Virus record (IMG/VR): IMGVR_UViG_3300032240_001244
Coordinates: 1-64,000 of that record
DNA from: a virus
Reading direction: 5' to 3' (one strand)
DNA: 64,000 nucleotides
Under the pieces are notes generated by a model. It did not search any database and was not told the DNA's origin. It saw only the letters and a list, made by a program, of their open reading frames with translations. Made by a program: the position numbers and the translations under genes. Positions 41,375 to 51,517 of this stretch are shown piece by piece (positions within the stretch are counted from its first letter, which is position 1; each line of letters begins with the position of its first letter).

Positions 41375-42640
41375 ATGAATAAACTTACTTGCGTTGTTTC
41401 TTGTCCAATAGATATTATATCAGGTTATGGATCCCGTAGTCGTGATTTTGTAAAAGCTTTGATAAAAGCTAAAGGTGAAGAGTGGGATATTAAAATACTA
41501 TCTCAAAGATGGGGAGAGTGTCCATATGGAGCTTTAAGTAGTGATATACCGGAAGAGTTAGACCTCATTAATAGAGTTATACCTCAGATGCAAAGTCAAC
41601 CTGATATTTGGTTTCAAATAACAGTAGCTAATGAATTTGAGCCTGTAGGAAAGGTTAGCATAGGAGTATCCGCTTTAGTAGAAACTACAATACTCCCAGC
41701 TGAACTATTGGAAGGTTTGAATAGAATGAATTTTAATATAGTGTCTTCTAACTTTGTAAAAGATGTAGCAGAGAAGACTAGCTTTGATAGGATAGATCAG
41801 AATACAAACCAAAAGCAAGGTACTGTAAGGTTGAGTAAACCTATTGAAGTTTTGTTTGAAGGCGTTGATACAAACAAGTATAAAAGATTAGAAAAGTCTA
41901 ATTTTGATTTATCCGAAATAAAAGAAGAGTTTTGTTTTTTATCTGTAGGACATTGGTTAACTGGTGAGATCGGGGAAGATAGAAAACAATTAACAACTTT
42001 AATCAAAGCGTTCCTCACTGCATTTAAAGATAAAAAGAAACGTCCTGCTCTTATACTTAAAACAAGTTTAGCAGGTTTTAGTATTATAGAAGAAGAAAAG
42101 ATTTTAGATAATATAGATGCTATTAGAAAAACTGTTGGAGGAGATATGCCAAACATTTATCTTTTATACGGTGAATTAACTGAGGAAGAGATGAACAACC
42201 TTTACAACCATGAAAAAGTAAAAGCCTTTGCTTTGGTAGGTAATGAAGGGTTTGGAAGACCCTACTTAGAGTTCTCCGCAGCTTCTAGCAAACCTGTTAT
42301 AACATCTCCTTTCAGTGGACATATTGATTTTTTAAACGAAGAGTTTAATATCTTTGTACAAGGAAAAGTAGAACAGCTGCACCCATCAGCCGCTAATCAG
42401 TTCTTGATAAAAGAATCAAGTTGGTTTAAAGCAGATCCTAAGTCAGTTGAAGATAGTTTAAAAGCTGTGTATGAAAACTATAACAAGTACGTAGACAATG
42501 CAAAGAGACAAGGACATCAATCAAGGACTCAATTTAGTTATGATAAAATGGTAGAGAGGTTATCTGAAATACTAGAAAAGAATGTTCCTAAGTTGAGTGT
42601 ACCTCAAATGATAAATTTGCCAAAGCTTAAAACTTTGTAA
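41375..42640 (+). CDS. Glycosyltransferase, GT-B fold (GT4-like)
   Basis: SGYG, EDRK, EGFGRPYLEF, SGHIDF. Confidence 0.85.
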   Translation: MNKLTCVVSCPIDIISGYGSRSRDFVKALIKAKGEEWDIKILSQRWGECPYGALSSDIPEELDLINRVIPQMQSQPDIWFQITVANEFEPVGKVSIGVSALVETTILPAELLEGLNRMNFNIVSSNFVKDVAEKTSFDRIDQNTNQKQGTVRLSKPIEVLFEGVDTNKYKRLEKSNFDLSEIKEEFCFLSVGHWLTGEIGEDRKQLTTLIKAFLTAFKDKKKRPALILKTSLAGFSIIEEEKILDNIDAIRKTVGGDMPNIYLLYGELTEEEMNNLYNHEKVKAFALVGNEGFGRPYLEFSAASSKPVITSPFSGHIDFLNEEFNIFVQGKVEQLHPSAANQFLIKESSWFKADPKSVEDSLKAVYENYNKYVDNAKRQGHQSRTQFSYDKMVERLSEILEKNVPKLSVPQMINLPKLKTL

Positions 42641-42641
42641 T

Positions 42642-42778
42642 ATGACAAGTAAAGAATTCCGCCTAATAAAGGCATACCTCAATCGGAAGAGGTTAAACAA
42701 AAAATAAGTGATAGCAAGAAAGGAAAGCCGTGAACAGAGGCAAGAAGATTAGCTCAAAAAAATAAAAAACAAAAATAG
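42642..42778 (+). pseudogene. Remnant of a NUMOD3-type homing endonuclease
   Basis: Frame from 42656 reads IPPNKGIPQSEEVKQKISDSKKGKP*TEARRLAQKNKKQK*; internal TGA, no in-frame start. Confidence 0.65.
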
Positions 42779-42779
42779 C

Positions 42780-43085
42780 ATGGATAGCAAAAGTTTTATA
42801 AGTTGGCTAAAGGGTTTTACAGAAGCCTGTCCAGAATTTCATCCAACTCCTAAACAGTGGGATAGATTAAAAGAAGTGCTGAACGAAGTAGAAGACCATG
42901 AAGAAGATAATGGATTAGTTTGGGAAATAGATGATTTTGAACCTGAGAACCCTGAGCCTTCTCCTCAATCTCAGTATCCTTTTGATCCACAACTATATCG
43001 TAATCCTAAAGGATTTGGATACTATACAAATAGCACACTGGATAAAACAACTCCAGAAGAAACAAAAAAACAATTATTAGATTAA
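42780..43085 (+). CDS. Hypothetical protein
   Basis: FISWLKGF...PTPKQW..LKE.L. Confidence 0.65.
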   Translation: MDSKSFISWLKGFTEACPEFHPTPKQWDRLKEVLNEVEDHEEDNGLVWEIDDFEPENPEPSPQSQYPFDPQLYRNPKGFGYYTNSTLDKTTPEETKKQLLD

Positions 43086-43086
43086 T

Positions 43087-43530
43087 ATGCAAGATCAATT
43101 AACAACCTGCAGAAAATGTGGAAGTCCTCTTTGTTACGAAAGACATATAGACGGTACTATTAGCTGGGACTGTTTGCAATGTGGATTCACTACAAACACA
43201 CTCCTCTTAGAAAACACAGAGGCTGTAATGTCTTACGAATCTATGATACCTAATTTATTTAGAGATATAAAATACATAGACAAAGATGGTTTCGTATGGT
43301 ACCCAACAACTATCACTAAAGATGGAGTAGGTATTGTATTTGCTGATGGTACTTCTAAAGATAATTGGAAGTGGGCGTTTGCTCCACACATACCAGTAGC
43401 TGAGGAAGAAAAAGAGAGATTTAAGAAGACGGACGGCACTTACCACCAATATAAAACAGATATGAAGCATGTCCTTCATTTCGATCAAGAATATTTTTCA
43501 AGGGCTTTAGAAGCCGCAGGACTAATTTAA
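43087..43530 (+). CDS. Zinc-ribbon hypothetical protein
   Basis: CRKCGS...CLQCGF. Confidence 0.7.
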   Translation: MQDQLTTCRKCGSPLCYERHIDGTISWDCLQCGFTTNTLLLENTEAVMSYESMIPNLFRDIKYIDKDGFVWYPTTITKDGVGIVFADGTSKDNWKWAFAPHIPVAEEEKERFKKTDGTYHQYKTDMKHVLHFDQEYFSRALEAAGLI

Positions 43531-43535
43531 ATGTT

Positions 43536-44159
43536 ATGGTACCTATATCATATTGTATAACAACTCATGACGAAGGAGCAGCTTATATAAAACCCCTTCT
43601 AGATAGATTGTTGAAGCATCTTCAACCAGAAGATGAAATAGTAGTAGTAGATGATTTTTCCACGGAAGAGTCTACAGTAAACGTATTGAACGAGTATAGA
43701 GATAGAGTTAACCTATACTTTAATTCTTTGAATAATGATTTTGCTGCACACAAAAACTTTGCTAAATCAAAATGTACAAAAGACTACATCTTTTTTATAG
43801 ACGCAGATGAAAATGTACATGAGAATCTTTTGCTGACAATTAAAGAAATACTGCTTAATAATTCATCAGTAGAGATGTTTTTAGTGCCAAGAATCAATGT
43901 TGTACCTGGACTGACTCAAGAGCATATTAATAAGTGGGGGTGGCAGGTTAATGACAAAGGGTATATAAATTATCCAGATCCACAGACTAGGATTGTTGTA
44001 AATAATCCTAATATACTATGGGAGAATAAAGTACATGAAAGGTTAATAGGGCATAGCACACATGCTATTTTACCTTTTGAAACAGAAGACTATTGCTTAT
44101 TACATATCAAAGATATTAAAAGGCAAGAGGCCCAAAACAACTTCTACAATACATTATAA
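43536..44159 (+). CDS. Glycosyltransferase family 2
   Basis: ISYCITTHDE, VVDDFS, FIDADE, VHE. Confidence 0.88.
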   Translation: MVPISYCITTHDEGAAYIKPLLDRLLKHLQPEDEIVVVDDFSTEESTVNVLNEYRDRVNLYFNSLNNDFAAHKNFAKSKCTKDYIFFIDADENVHENLLLTIKEILLNNSSVEMFLVPRINVVPGLTQEHINKWGWQVNDKGYINYPDPQTRIVVNNPNILWENKVHERLIGHSTHAILPFETEDYCLLHIKDIKRQEAQNNFYNTL

Positions 44160-45073
44160 TGAACATACTATTTCACTCCAATCAGTTAGGAGTAAGAGGG
44201 ACTGAAGTGGCTCTATATGACTATGCTCACTATAATGAAACTATTTTAGGAAACGTATCTTATGTAGCAGCTCCTGCTAATTCAGACATGACCGCTTTAG
44301 GAAAGTTTAAGACTAGATTTGGAGATAGGATTATACTATATAATTCTTTTGAGGAACTATACTCTTTACCTATAGAAGCAGCCTATTTTATAAAAGCTGG
44401 GTTTAATGATGGCCTTTTAATTCCAGGAGTAAGAAACATAGTACATGCAGTATTTAATGCATCAGATAAACATGGGGAAGTTTATGTAGCAGTTAGTGAG
44501 TGGTTAGGTAAAATACATAATGTAGATCATCTTCCTCATATAGTATCTCTTCCAGATATAGCAGCGGACTTTAGGGAGTTTATTCGAGCTTCTAACAATG
44601 ACATAGTATTTGGAAGGTATGGTGGGTTTGATCAATTTGATGTACCTTATTTAGGAGACGCTATAAAAGCTGCTGCTGATAAGGGAATAAAGTTCTTATT
44701 CATGAATACTAAACAACTGAACTTCCAACACCCTAATGTAATGTATTCTGAAGCTAATACAGATATTGCTACTAAAACAGCATTTATTAATACTTGTGAT
44801 GCTATGATCCACGGTAGAAATGAAGGAGAGTCTTTTGGTTTATCTATAGCAGAGTTCCTGCATCAGAATAAACCTGTGCTAACTAATATTCAATGTAGGG
44901 ATAGGAATCATATTCATGTATTAGGGGATAAAGGCTTTTATTATAGCAACGGTAATGAGTTGTATGCTATGTTGACTTCTTTTGAAAAGAAAGAATACAA
45001 TGTTAAATCTTTAGTAGATAAATTTAGACCAGAGATAGTAATGGAAAATTTTAAAGGTTTAATATATGAGTAA
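44159..45073 (+). CDS. Glycosyltransferase, GT-B fold
   Basis: RGTEV, GRYGG, GESFGLSIAEF. Confidence 0.8.
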   Translation: MNILFHSNQLGVRGTEVALYDYAHYNETILGNVSYVAAPANSDMTALGKFKTRFGDRIILYNSFEELYSLPIEAAYFIKAGFNDGLLIPGVRNIVHAVFNASDKHGEVYVAVSEWLGKIHNVDHLPHIVSLPDIAADFREFIRASNNDIVFGRYGGFDQFDVPYLGDAIKAAADKGIKFLFMNTKQLNFQHPNVMYSEANTDIATKTAFINTCDAMIHGRNEGESFGLSIAEFLHQNKPVLTNIQCRDRNHIHVLGDKGFYYSNGNELYAMLTSFEKKEYNVKSLVDKFRPEIVMENFKGLIYE

Positions 45074-45983
45074 TTTTAAGATAGCTTTTATATTCGCACA
45101 TCGATCCACAGACGTTTGGAATACACCATTAAGTGTAGTCAAAGAGTTTGAATCAAGGGGATGGGAAACTAGAATATATTCTTTGTTTGATATCTACGAT
45201 AATTATGTAGATACAAATATACAAAAGCTTATAGATGATAGTAAGTCAAAAGAATTTAATCCTGATATTGTAATGTATATGGACTGGGGTAGATTTGATT
45301 CTCCTTTGTTAGATATGAAAAATATACCAGGAGCTTTTTGGGTAATGGAGTCTGGAGACGATCCACAAAACTTTGAAAGAAACTCTAGCAAGGCCTCCAA
45401 GTTTAATCTCGTATTAACCCCGGCATATGATTCTTATTTAGAGTATAAAAAAAGATATATAAACGCAGAGTGGTGGACTCACTTTGCAGATAGCAATATA
45501 CATAAACCATATTCAGGGTTTACTCCTTTTGATGAGTTGCCAAAGGTAAGATCAACTAGAGGGCCTGGAGGATCTAATCTTATGGACTACTTAAGTCAGA
45601 TAATGCCTGATAAGTTTATAAATAGGAATGGGCTATCTGGTATGGAATACGGTGACTTTCTTAACAGTGGAGTTATAGTATTTCAACAGAGTAGATGGAG
45701 AGAGATAACTAGAAGATTGTTTGAAGGAATGGCTTGTGGAAAGTTAATTATAACAGATAGGCTTCCTATTCAAAGTAATATAGATGAATTGTTTATAGAA
45801 AATGAAGATATAATTTATTACGATAGTTTAGGAGATTGTATTTCCAAAATAAACTACTACCTTAGCGAAGAAGCAAAATCAGAAAGAGAAAGAATTGCTT
45901 TGAATGGTTACAATAAAGTTATCAAAGATCACACACAAGTAGAAAGAGTAAATACTATTATAAAAAAGTTTAAAGAGTATTGA
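45066..45983 (+). CDS. Glycosyltransferase (CgeB/Glyco_trans_1_2-like)
   Basis: RRLFEGMACG..IITD, ERERIA.NGY.KV...HT...RV. Confidence 0.8.
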   Translation: MSNFKIAFIFAHRSTDVWNTPLSVVKEFESRGWETRIYSLFDIYDNYVDTNIQKLIDDSKSKEFNPDIVMYMDWGRFDSPLLDMKNIPGAFWVMESGDDPQNFERNSSKASKFNLVLTPAYDSYLEYKKRYINAEWWTHFADSNIHKPYSGFTPFDELPKVRSTRGPGGSNLMDYLSQIMPDKFINRNGLSGMEYGDFLNSGVIVFQQSRWREITRRLFEGMACGKLIITDRLPIQSNIDELFIENEDIIYYDSLGDCISKINYYLSEEAKSERERIALNGYNKVIKDHTQVERVNTIIKKFKEY

Positions 45984-45985
45984 TA

Positions 45986-46645
45986 ATGTCTAGAAAATTT
46001 TCTATTATAATACCTACAATGTTCAAATGTCCGGACATTACAAATGAACTTTTGGCTAATTTGTATGAAGATCCTGCTGTATCTGAAGTAATACTAATAA
46101 ATAATACAGAAGAGCATAATAACGTTACTAAAATAAATGTTAACGGAAAACTTCAAATACATTCAAAAAATAAAAATTTATACGTAAATCCTTCTTGGAA
46201 TTTAGGAGTGTCTGTTGCTAAAGAATCTTATCTGGGCATCCTTAATGATGATATTATTATTGCAGAGGGGTTATTTTCTGGGCTATCTAAGGTAGCTATT
46301 GAAAATTTAGGCGTAATAGGGGCGTCACATGGATCAATTATGGGATTAGATAAACCGGAAAGATTTTTGGCAACAGAGTTCCATATTGTAGGTATGCCAG
46401 AAAGAACGTGGGGATTTGGTGTTTTTATGGTTATTTATAAAAATCACTACTCGCAAATACCCGAAGACATGAAAATATGGTGCGGAGATGATTACATATA
46501 CCACCAGAATAGAATAGCAGGTAGACAAAATTGCGTGCTAATGTGTCCAATAAAAACAAAAATGAGTATGACTTCTAATAATTCCGTATTTGAAGAGATA
46601 AAAAATAATGATATAGAAGTGTACAATTCAAAATATAAAGTATGA
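45986..46645 (+). CDS. Glycosyltransferase family 2-like
   Basis: FSIIIPT, NLYVNPSWNLG, ILNDD, WCGDD. Confidence 0.8.
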   Translation: MSRKFSIIIPTMFKCPDITNELLANLYEDPAVSEVILINNTEEHNNVTKINVNGKLQIHSKNKNLYVNPSWNLGVSVAKESYLGILNDDIIIAEGLFSGLSKVAIENLGVIGASHGSIMGLDKPERFLATEFHIVGMPERTWGFGVFMVIYKNHYSQIPEDMKIWCGDDYIYHQNRIAGRQNCVLMCPIKTKMSMTSNNSVFEEIKNNDIEVYNSKYKV

Positions 46646-47283
46646 ATATAACAGAAAAGTATGGGTTTAAGATGTTTGTGAACCAATTTGGAGCCGTTAT
46701 ACCAGAAAACTTCTACGATGAAAGTGAAATAATATTGATAGAAGCTTTTGAAAAATGTATTTTAGATTTAAAAAATAAAAATAAAAATCTTTATACTATG
46801 ATAGAATTGGGAAGCAATCAAGCTTACTATTCTATGTTATTTAAAGCCATTCTAAAAGGACAAGACACTCTTAATTTAATGATAGAACCTACAGATGAAT
46901 ATATGGCAAGAGGTAAACATCATTTTAGTATAAATAACTATGATGGTATTTTCATAAATAAGTGCATAGGAAAAAGATGGATAGCACATAGTTACGACTT
47001 TGAAAAAAAAGAAACATCCGTAGATAAATTAATAGAAGATTACAAAATAGAAAAACTAGACGTACTACACTCTGATATAGACGGTGCTGAGTTTACAATG
47101 CTAGAAGGGGCTACAGAATCTTTAAAAAATAAAAAAATAGAGTATGCCTTTATACTCACTCATTATTTAGGAATGCATGAAGAGTGTTTAAAATTTATAA
47201 CACAATTTGATTACGACATACTACTCGATCATAGAGAAGAGACCGTAGGAGGTGATAGACTTATAATAATTAAAAGTAAATAA
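46642..47283 (+). CDS. FkbM-family methyltransferase
   Basis: IELGSNQAYYS, LDVLHSDIDGAEF.ML.GA. Confidence 0.8.
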   Translation: MNITEKYGFKMFVNQFGAVIPENFYDESEIILIEAFEKCILDLKNKNKNLYTMIELGSNQAYYSMLFKAILKGQDTLNLMIEPTDEYMARGKHHFSINNYDGIFINKCIGKRWIAHSYDFEKKETSVDKLIEDYKIEKLDVLHSDIDGAEFTMLEGATESLKNKKIEYAFILTHYLGMHEECLKFITQFDYDILLDHREETVGGDRLIIIKSK

Positions 47284-47284
47284 T

Positions 47285-47914
47285 ATGCAAAGGTACGATA
47301 TTATAAACAGATTTATAAAAGAAAGAGGGTATAAAGATTATTTAGAGATAGGAGTTTATACCGGACAATGTATGAGAGAGATAGTAGCAGACAATAAGAC
47401 TGGGGTAGATCCTGGATCTGAAGGTCACGTAGCTACCGAAGTCACTCATGTAATGACATCAGACGCTTTCTTTGATAGTATTAAAGAATCTAATAAAGTA
47501 TATGATATTATATTCATAGACGGGTTACATCATTCTTATCAGGTAGATGTGGACATAGAGAACGCTTTAAAATATCTTAAAGATGGAGGGGTTATAGTAA
47601 TGCACGATTGCAATCCTGAACAAGAAGTTTACACACTTATTCCTAGGGTAAGTGGTATATGGCATGGGGATGTTTATAAATCAGTACTAAGGTTTAGGTC
47701 TAAGAACTTACACAGTTTTTTCACAGTAGATACAGACTGTGGATGTGGAGTTATATTTAAGGATTACAAAGGAGACTCACAAAATAATATAGAAGATTAT
47801 AAAAAAGCACTATCTTCGTGGAATTATTTCTTTGATAACAAACAAAGACTTTTAAATTTAATCACCGTAGATGAATTTTTAAATACAAGTTATAATGAGG
47901 TGGGACATAATTAA
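47285..47914 (+). CDS. Class I SAM methyltransferase (Methyltransf_24-like), paralogue 1
   Basis: YLEIGV, YDIIFIDGLH, GGVIVMHD. Confidence 0.85.
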   Translation: MQRYDIINRFIKERGYKDYLEIGVYTGQCMREIVADNKTGVDPGSEGHVATEVTHVMTSDAFFDSIKESNKVYDIIFIDGLHHSYQVDVDIENALKYLKDGGVIVMHDCNPEQEVYTLIPRVSGIWHGDVYKSVLRFRSKNLHSFFTVDTDCGCGVIFKDYKGDSQNNIEDYKKALSSWNYFFDNKQRLLNLITVDEFLNTSYNEVGHN

Positions 47915-48491
47915 TTACTTAGTAGATCAAAATAAATACAGTAGATATCTAGAGATAGGAGTTCAAGAGTATTATTCTAATTGTGATAAAATAAAAGCAG
48001 AGTATAAAGTAGCAGTTGATCCAGCTCCCAAAAGCAAGTGCGACTTTATAGGAACTTCAGATGCTTATTTTAAATCTATAGATAAAGATGTTTTGTTTGA
48101 CATAGTCTTTATAGATGGACTACATCAAAGTGATCAAGTGTTAATAGATATAGAAAATTCTTTAAATCATTTATCTGAAGGCGGCACAATTGTAGTACAT
48201 GATTGTTTACCAGAAGCCGAGTATCAGCAAGTTAGAGAAGATAATCACAGAGAGTGGACTGGAGATGTATGGAAAGCTATTGCATTCCTAAAAGGAACTA
48301 GAAGTGATTTAGATATAAAAGTTGTAGATCATGATTGGGGATGTGGGATTGTACAAAAAGGTAGACAAGAGCTAGGCAAATATAAGACAGTAGAAGAGCT
48401 TAACTGGACAATATTTGAGTCTAATAGGAACTCATTGATGGGAGTTATATCAGTAGATGAATTTTTAAATACATACAAAAATGAAGCTTAA
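47895..48491 (+). CDS. Class I SAM methyltransferase (Methyltransf_24-like), paralogue 2
   Basis: YLEIGV, FDIVFIDGLH, GGTIVVHD. Confidence 0.85.
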   Translation: MRWDIINYLVDQNKYSRYLEIGVQEYYSNCDKIKAEYKVAVDPAPKSKCDFIGTSDAYFKSIDKDVLFDIVFIDGLHQSDQVLIDIENSLNHLSEGGTIVVHDCLPEAEYQQVREDNHREWTGDVWKAIAFLKGTRSDLDIKVVDHDWGCGIVQKGRQELGKYKTVEELNWTIFESNRNSLMGVISVDEFLNTYKNEA

Positions 48492-49200
48492 TCTGTCAGT
48501 AGGCATACTAACTTGGAATTCTTATAACACCTTACAAAATACTTTAGAAAGTTATAAACAATCTGGATTACTGGATATGGTAAATGACGTTTGTATTTTT
48601 GCACAAGAGGGTAAAGATATAGATTATAAAATAGCTGCCAAGTATAACACAGACGTAATACTAAGCCCAGATAATGTGGGTATAGGTAAAGGTTTAAGTA
48701 CATTAGCCCACGCAGCAGAGACTGATACTATACTACTACTAGAAAATGATTGGGTAATATTAACTGATTTTTTTTCTATAGTATATGAGGAACTTAAGAA
48801 AGGAATGGATATGTTAGAGTCAAATAAGGCAGACGTGATTAAATATAGAAGTAGAAGGGTTCCTGGAGATCCTTTATATACTTTGCAATTTTCAAATCGT
48901 GAAATGGATAGCCCTAAACATTTATTTGAATGCGTACATTGGAGAGAAAACCCAGACGTAGATTTCCCAGAATATATAAGTAAGGACAAGGACACAGGAT
49001 TGTATTATGCTAAATCAAAATATGCTAATCAAACTAACAATCCATGTTTATATAAAAAAGAATTTTACACTAAAAACATATCTCCCTTTTCTGGAGAAGG
49101 TAACGAGTTAGAAGGAAAGATAGATGGTTGGTGGCAAGAACAAGACTTTACAGTTGCACATGGGGAAGGATTATTTACACATTATAGATTAGACCGATGA
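48481..49200 (+). CDS. GT-A fold glycosyltransferase-like protein
   Basis: LSVGILTW, NVGIG, LLLENDW. Confidence 0.7.
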   Translation: MKLNLSVGILTWNSYNTLQNTLESYKQSGLLDMVNDVCIFAQEGKDIDYKIAAKYNTDVILSPDNVGIGKGLSTLAHAAETDTILLLENDWVILTDFFSIVYEELKKGMDMLESNKADVIKYRSRRVPGDPLYTLQFSNREMDSPKHLFECVHWRENPDVDFPEYISKDKDTGLYYAKSKYANQTNNPCLYKKEFYTKNISPFSGEGNELEGKIDGWWQEQDFTVAHGEGLFTHYRLDR

Positions 49201-49829
49201 AAAAATTATTATTTATTACATTAGGATTATTAGTAAGTTTTTATGTTTCTGCACAACATACGGTGGCACTAAAGCACAAACAGTATCAAACGGTATTTGA
49301 CACAGTACTTAAATATCCAATAGAAGTAAGTTGGGTATTGACAAAGGAATCTGTAGATTGTAAAAACAAATATACCAGAACAAATAAATTTGTTGCAGAC
49401 CCTCTATTACACAAACAAACAGATTTAGAAGATTCTTATGCTGGGTCTGGCTATGACAGAGGTCATAACTTTCCAGCTGCTGATGCTGCTTGTGATTCTA
49501 CATCTATGATAGAATGTTTTTATTTTTCTAATATGACTCCACAAGATCCTACTGTTAATAGAGGTGATTGGAAACAACTAGAAGAATTAGAAAGAAATCT
49601 TTCTATAAAATACGACTCGGTAAAAGTATGGTGCGGATCTTGGGGATCAAAAAAGAAAATAGGACAAGTAACAGTCCCTACAGATTGTTGGAAAGTTATT
49701 TATATAGTAAAGACAAAAGAGTGGACGGCATATCATTTTTATAATAAGAAATCAAATTCAGCAGGGACAAAGTCACATGAAGTACCTTTGTCTTTTATAG
49801 AAAAACAAACACACATAAAGTTTAAATAA
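49197..49829 (+). CDS. DNA/RNA non-specific endonuclease with signal peptide
   Basis: SGYDRGH, FYFSNMTPQ...NRGDWKQLE, VP...WKV; N-terminal signal peptide. Confidence 0.9.
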   Translation: MKKLLFITLGLLVSFYVSAQHTVALKHKQYQTVFDTVLKYPIEVSWVLTKESVDCKNKYTRTNKFVADPLLHKQTDLEDSYAGSGYDRGHNFPAADAACDSTSMIECFYFSNMTPQDPTVNRGDWKQLEELERNLSIKYDSVKVWCGSWGSKKKIGQVTVPTDCWKVIYIVKTKEWTAYHFYNKKSNSAGTKSHEVPLSFIEKQTHIKFK

Positions 49830-49836
49830 AAAAAAT

Positions 49837-50679
49837 ATGGTTTTTGATTGCTTTACATTCTTTAATGAATTAGATCTACTGGAATTCAGATTAAAACTGT
49901 TATCAGATGTAGTTGATAAGTTTGTCATTTGTGAGTCTAATTACACTCATAGCGGTAAGTTAAAGCCTTATTATTTTGAAGAAAACAAAGATAGGTATAG
50001 TAAATGGCTAGATAAAATAGTATACCTTCCAATAGAACAGTCTATAGAAGGTTTGAATTTTGATACAGTAAATAGCTACACTCCAACAAATGGATCTTGG
50101 ATATTAGAAAATGAACAGAGGATGGCTCTTCTATACGCAGGAGAGATCATGAGAGATGACGATCTTGTACTTGTAGGAGACCTAGACGAGATACCAAATC
50201 CGGGAGCTCTGGTAGCTATATTGCAAAATGATATGCTACATAAAAACAACGTAGCAATATCTTTATCTCTTTTGTTTCATTACTATTATTTTAACTGTCA
50301 AATGGAAGGGTTTGATAGAATATGGAATGGTACAGTGGTTTGTTTAGCCGATTACTTTAGGTCTAATAACCCTCAGTATCTTAGAGATAATAGAAATAAC
50401 TTTACCAGATTGCCTAATGCTGGGTGGCATTTTTCATATCTTGGAGGAATAGATAAAATCAAAAAAAAGATAGAATCTTTTGCACATACAGAATTTAATA
50501 GACCGGATATAACATCTGATGAGAATATTAAAGATGCTATAGAAAATGGTAAGGACATATTTAAAAGACAGGGTGTATCATATAAAGTAGTGCCTGTAGC
50601 ATACTACCCAGAACCTATAAGATCATTAATGCTTGAGTATCCACAATTTATTAAAAATGAAGTTACGTTCCATAGTTGA
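49837..50679 (+). CDS. Glycosyltransferase family 17 (GnT-III/MGAT3-like)
   Basis: DCFTFFNELDLLEFRL, ESNYTHSG..KP, GDLDEIP, GWHFSY, KIESFAH. Confidence 0.88.
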   Translation: MVFDCFTFFNELDLLEFRLKLLSDVVDKFVICESNYTHSGKLKPYYFEENKDRYSKWLDKIVYLPIEQSIEGLNFDTVNSYTPTNGSWILENEQRMALLYAGEIMRDDDLVLVGDLDEIPNPGALVAILQNDMLHKNNVAISLSLLFHYYYFNCQMEGFDRIWNGTVVCLADYFRSNNPQYLRDNRNNFTRLPNAGWHFSYLGGIDKIKKKIESFAHTEFNRPDITSDENIKDAIENGKDIFKRQGVSYKVVPVAYYPEPIRSLMLEYPQFIKNEVTFHS

Positions 50680-51487
50680 TAAGTCTTGTTACGCAACCAT
50701 AGCCACCATTACTGAAGATAGCTTTGATAAGTTAAATTTTTTCTTACAGTATAACGGAGAGTTTATAAAACAGTTCCCACACGTCATTATCTCCACAAAT
50801 AGCTTAGAAGATACTCCTATACGTAAAATTAATCAATACCATAATACATGGCGTAGATTAGCCCCTAATTGCGTTATACTGCATTCTGATAAAAATAGAG
50901 GTCATATGTTTGGAACCATAGACTTGGAAGAGAGTATATTAAAGCACATTAAAAGTCATTTGCCTGAAATTAAATATTTATGGAAGGCAATGGATGATAT
51001 TATTAGTACAACAGATCTTCTAGATTTAGAAGTAGAGGAGGCAGAGTTTTACTATCTTCCAGGGTTTAGTTACGAATCTATACAGAAAGCAGGAGGAAAA
51101 GAAAAACTATATGAGATATACGAAAATTTTGAGAGCAATTTTTGGACTCCTCAAACTCCTTTTTTTATTCTCGATATCACTAATATTGATAATCTTTACG
51201 GGACTGATGTCGATACTAAGATTAGTATTTATGAGGAAGTTAAGGCACGGAATCCGTCTGTAAAGCCATGGGAAGTGCCATTCAATCTTAAGTTTGATTG
51301 TGAAACTCATCTAGGAAGAACTACTAAGGATCTAAAAAAATACTGTCTACTTAAGGATCAATTCAAAGATCTCCTCGATATGGTAGAGATAAATAAGATA
51401 GGGGATCCATCCCACAAGAATATATATTTTGAAAAATTGGGAGTCTGCCATTATCATTTCTATAAAGATTTGATATATAACGTATAA
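50657..51487 (+). CDS. Hypothetical protein, possibly GT-A related
   Basis: NRGH..G and DD motifs; last gene of glycan cluster. Confidence 0.55.
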   Translation: MKLRSIVDKSCYATIATITEDSFDKLNFFLQYNGEFIKQFPHVIISTNSLEDTPIRKINQYHNTWRRLAPNCVILHSDKNRGHMFGTIDLEESILKHIKSHLPEIKYLWKAMDDIISTTDLLDLEVEEAEFYYLPGFSYESIQKAGGKEKLYEIYENFESNFWTPQTPFFILDITNIDNLYGTDVDTKISIYEEVKARNPSVKPWEVPFNLKFDCETHLGRTTKDLKKYCLLKDQFKDLLDMVEINKIGDPSHKNIYFEKLGVCHYHFYKDLIYNV

Positions 51488-51514
51488 TGATTATCTTTGC
51501 TATAGATATTTATA
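51469..51514 (+). promoter_or_regulatory. Host-type promoter followed by TATTTATA motif
   Basis: TTTG 51469-72, 19 nt spacer, TATCTTTG 51492-99; TATTTATA 51507-14. Confidence 0.6.
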
Positions 51515-51517
51515 TGC

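Noticed and set aside
42731-42733. In-frame TGA as evidence of stop-codon reassignment
   Set aside because: TGA, TAG and TAA all terminate well-defined genes and long ORFs are intact under the standard code; a nonsense mutation in a remnant is simpler
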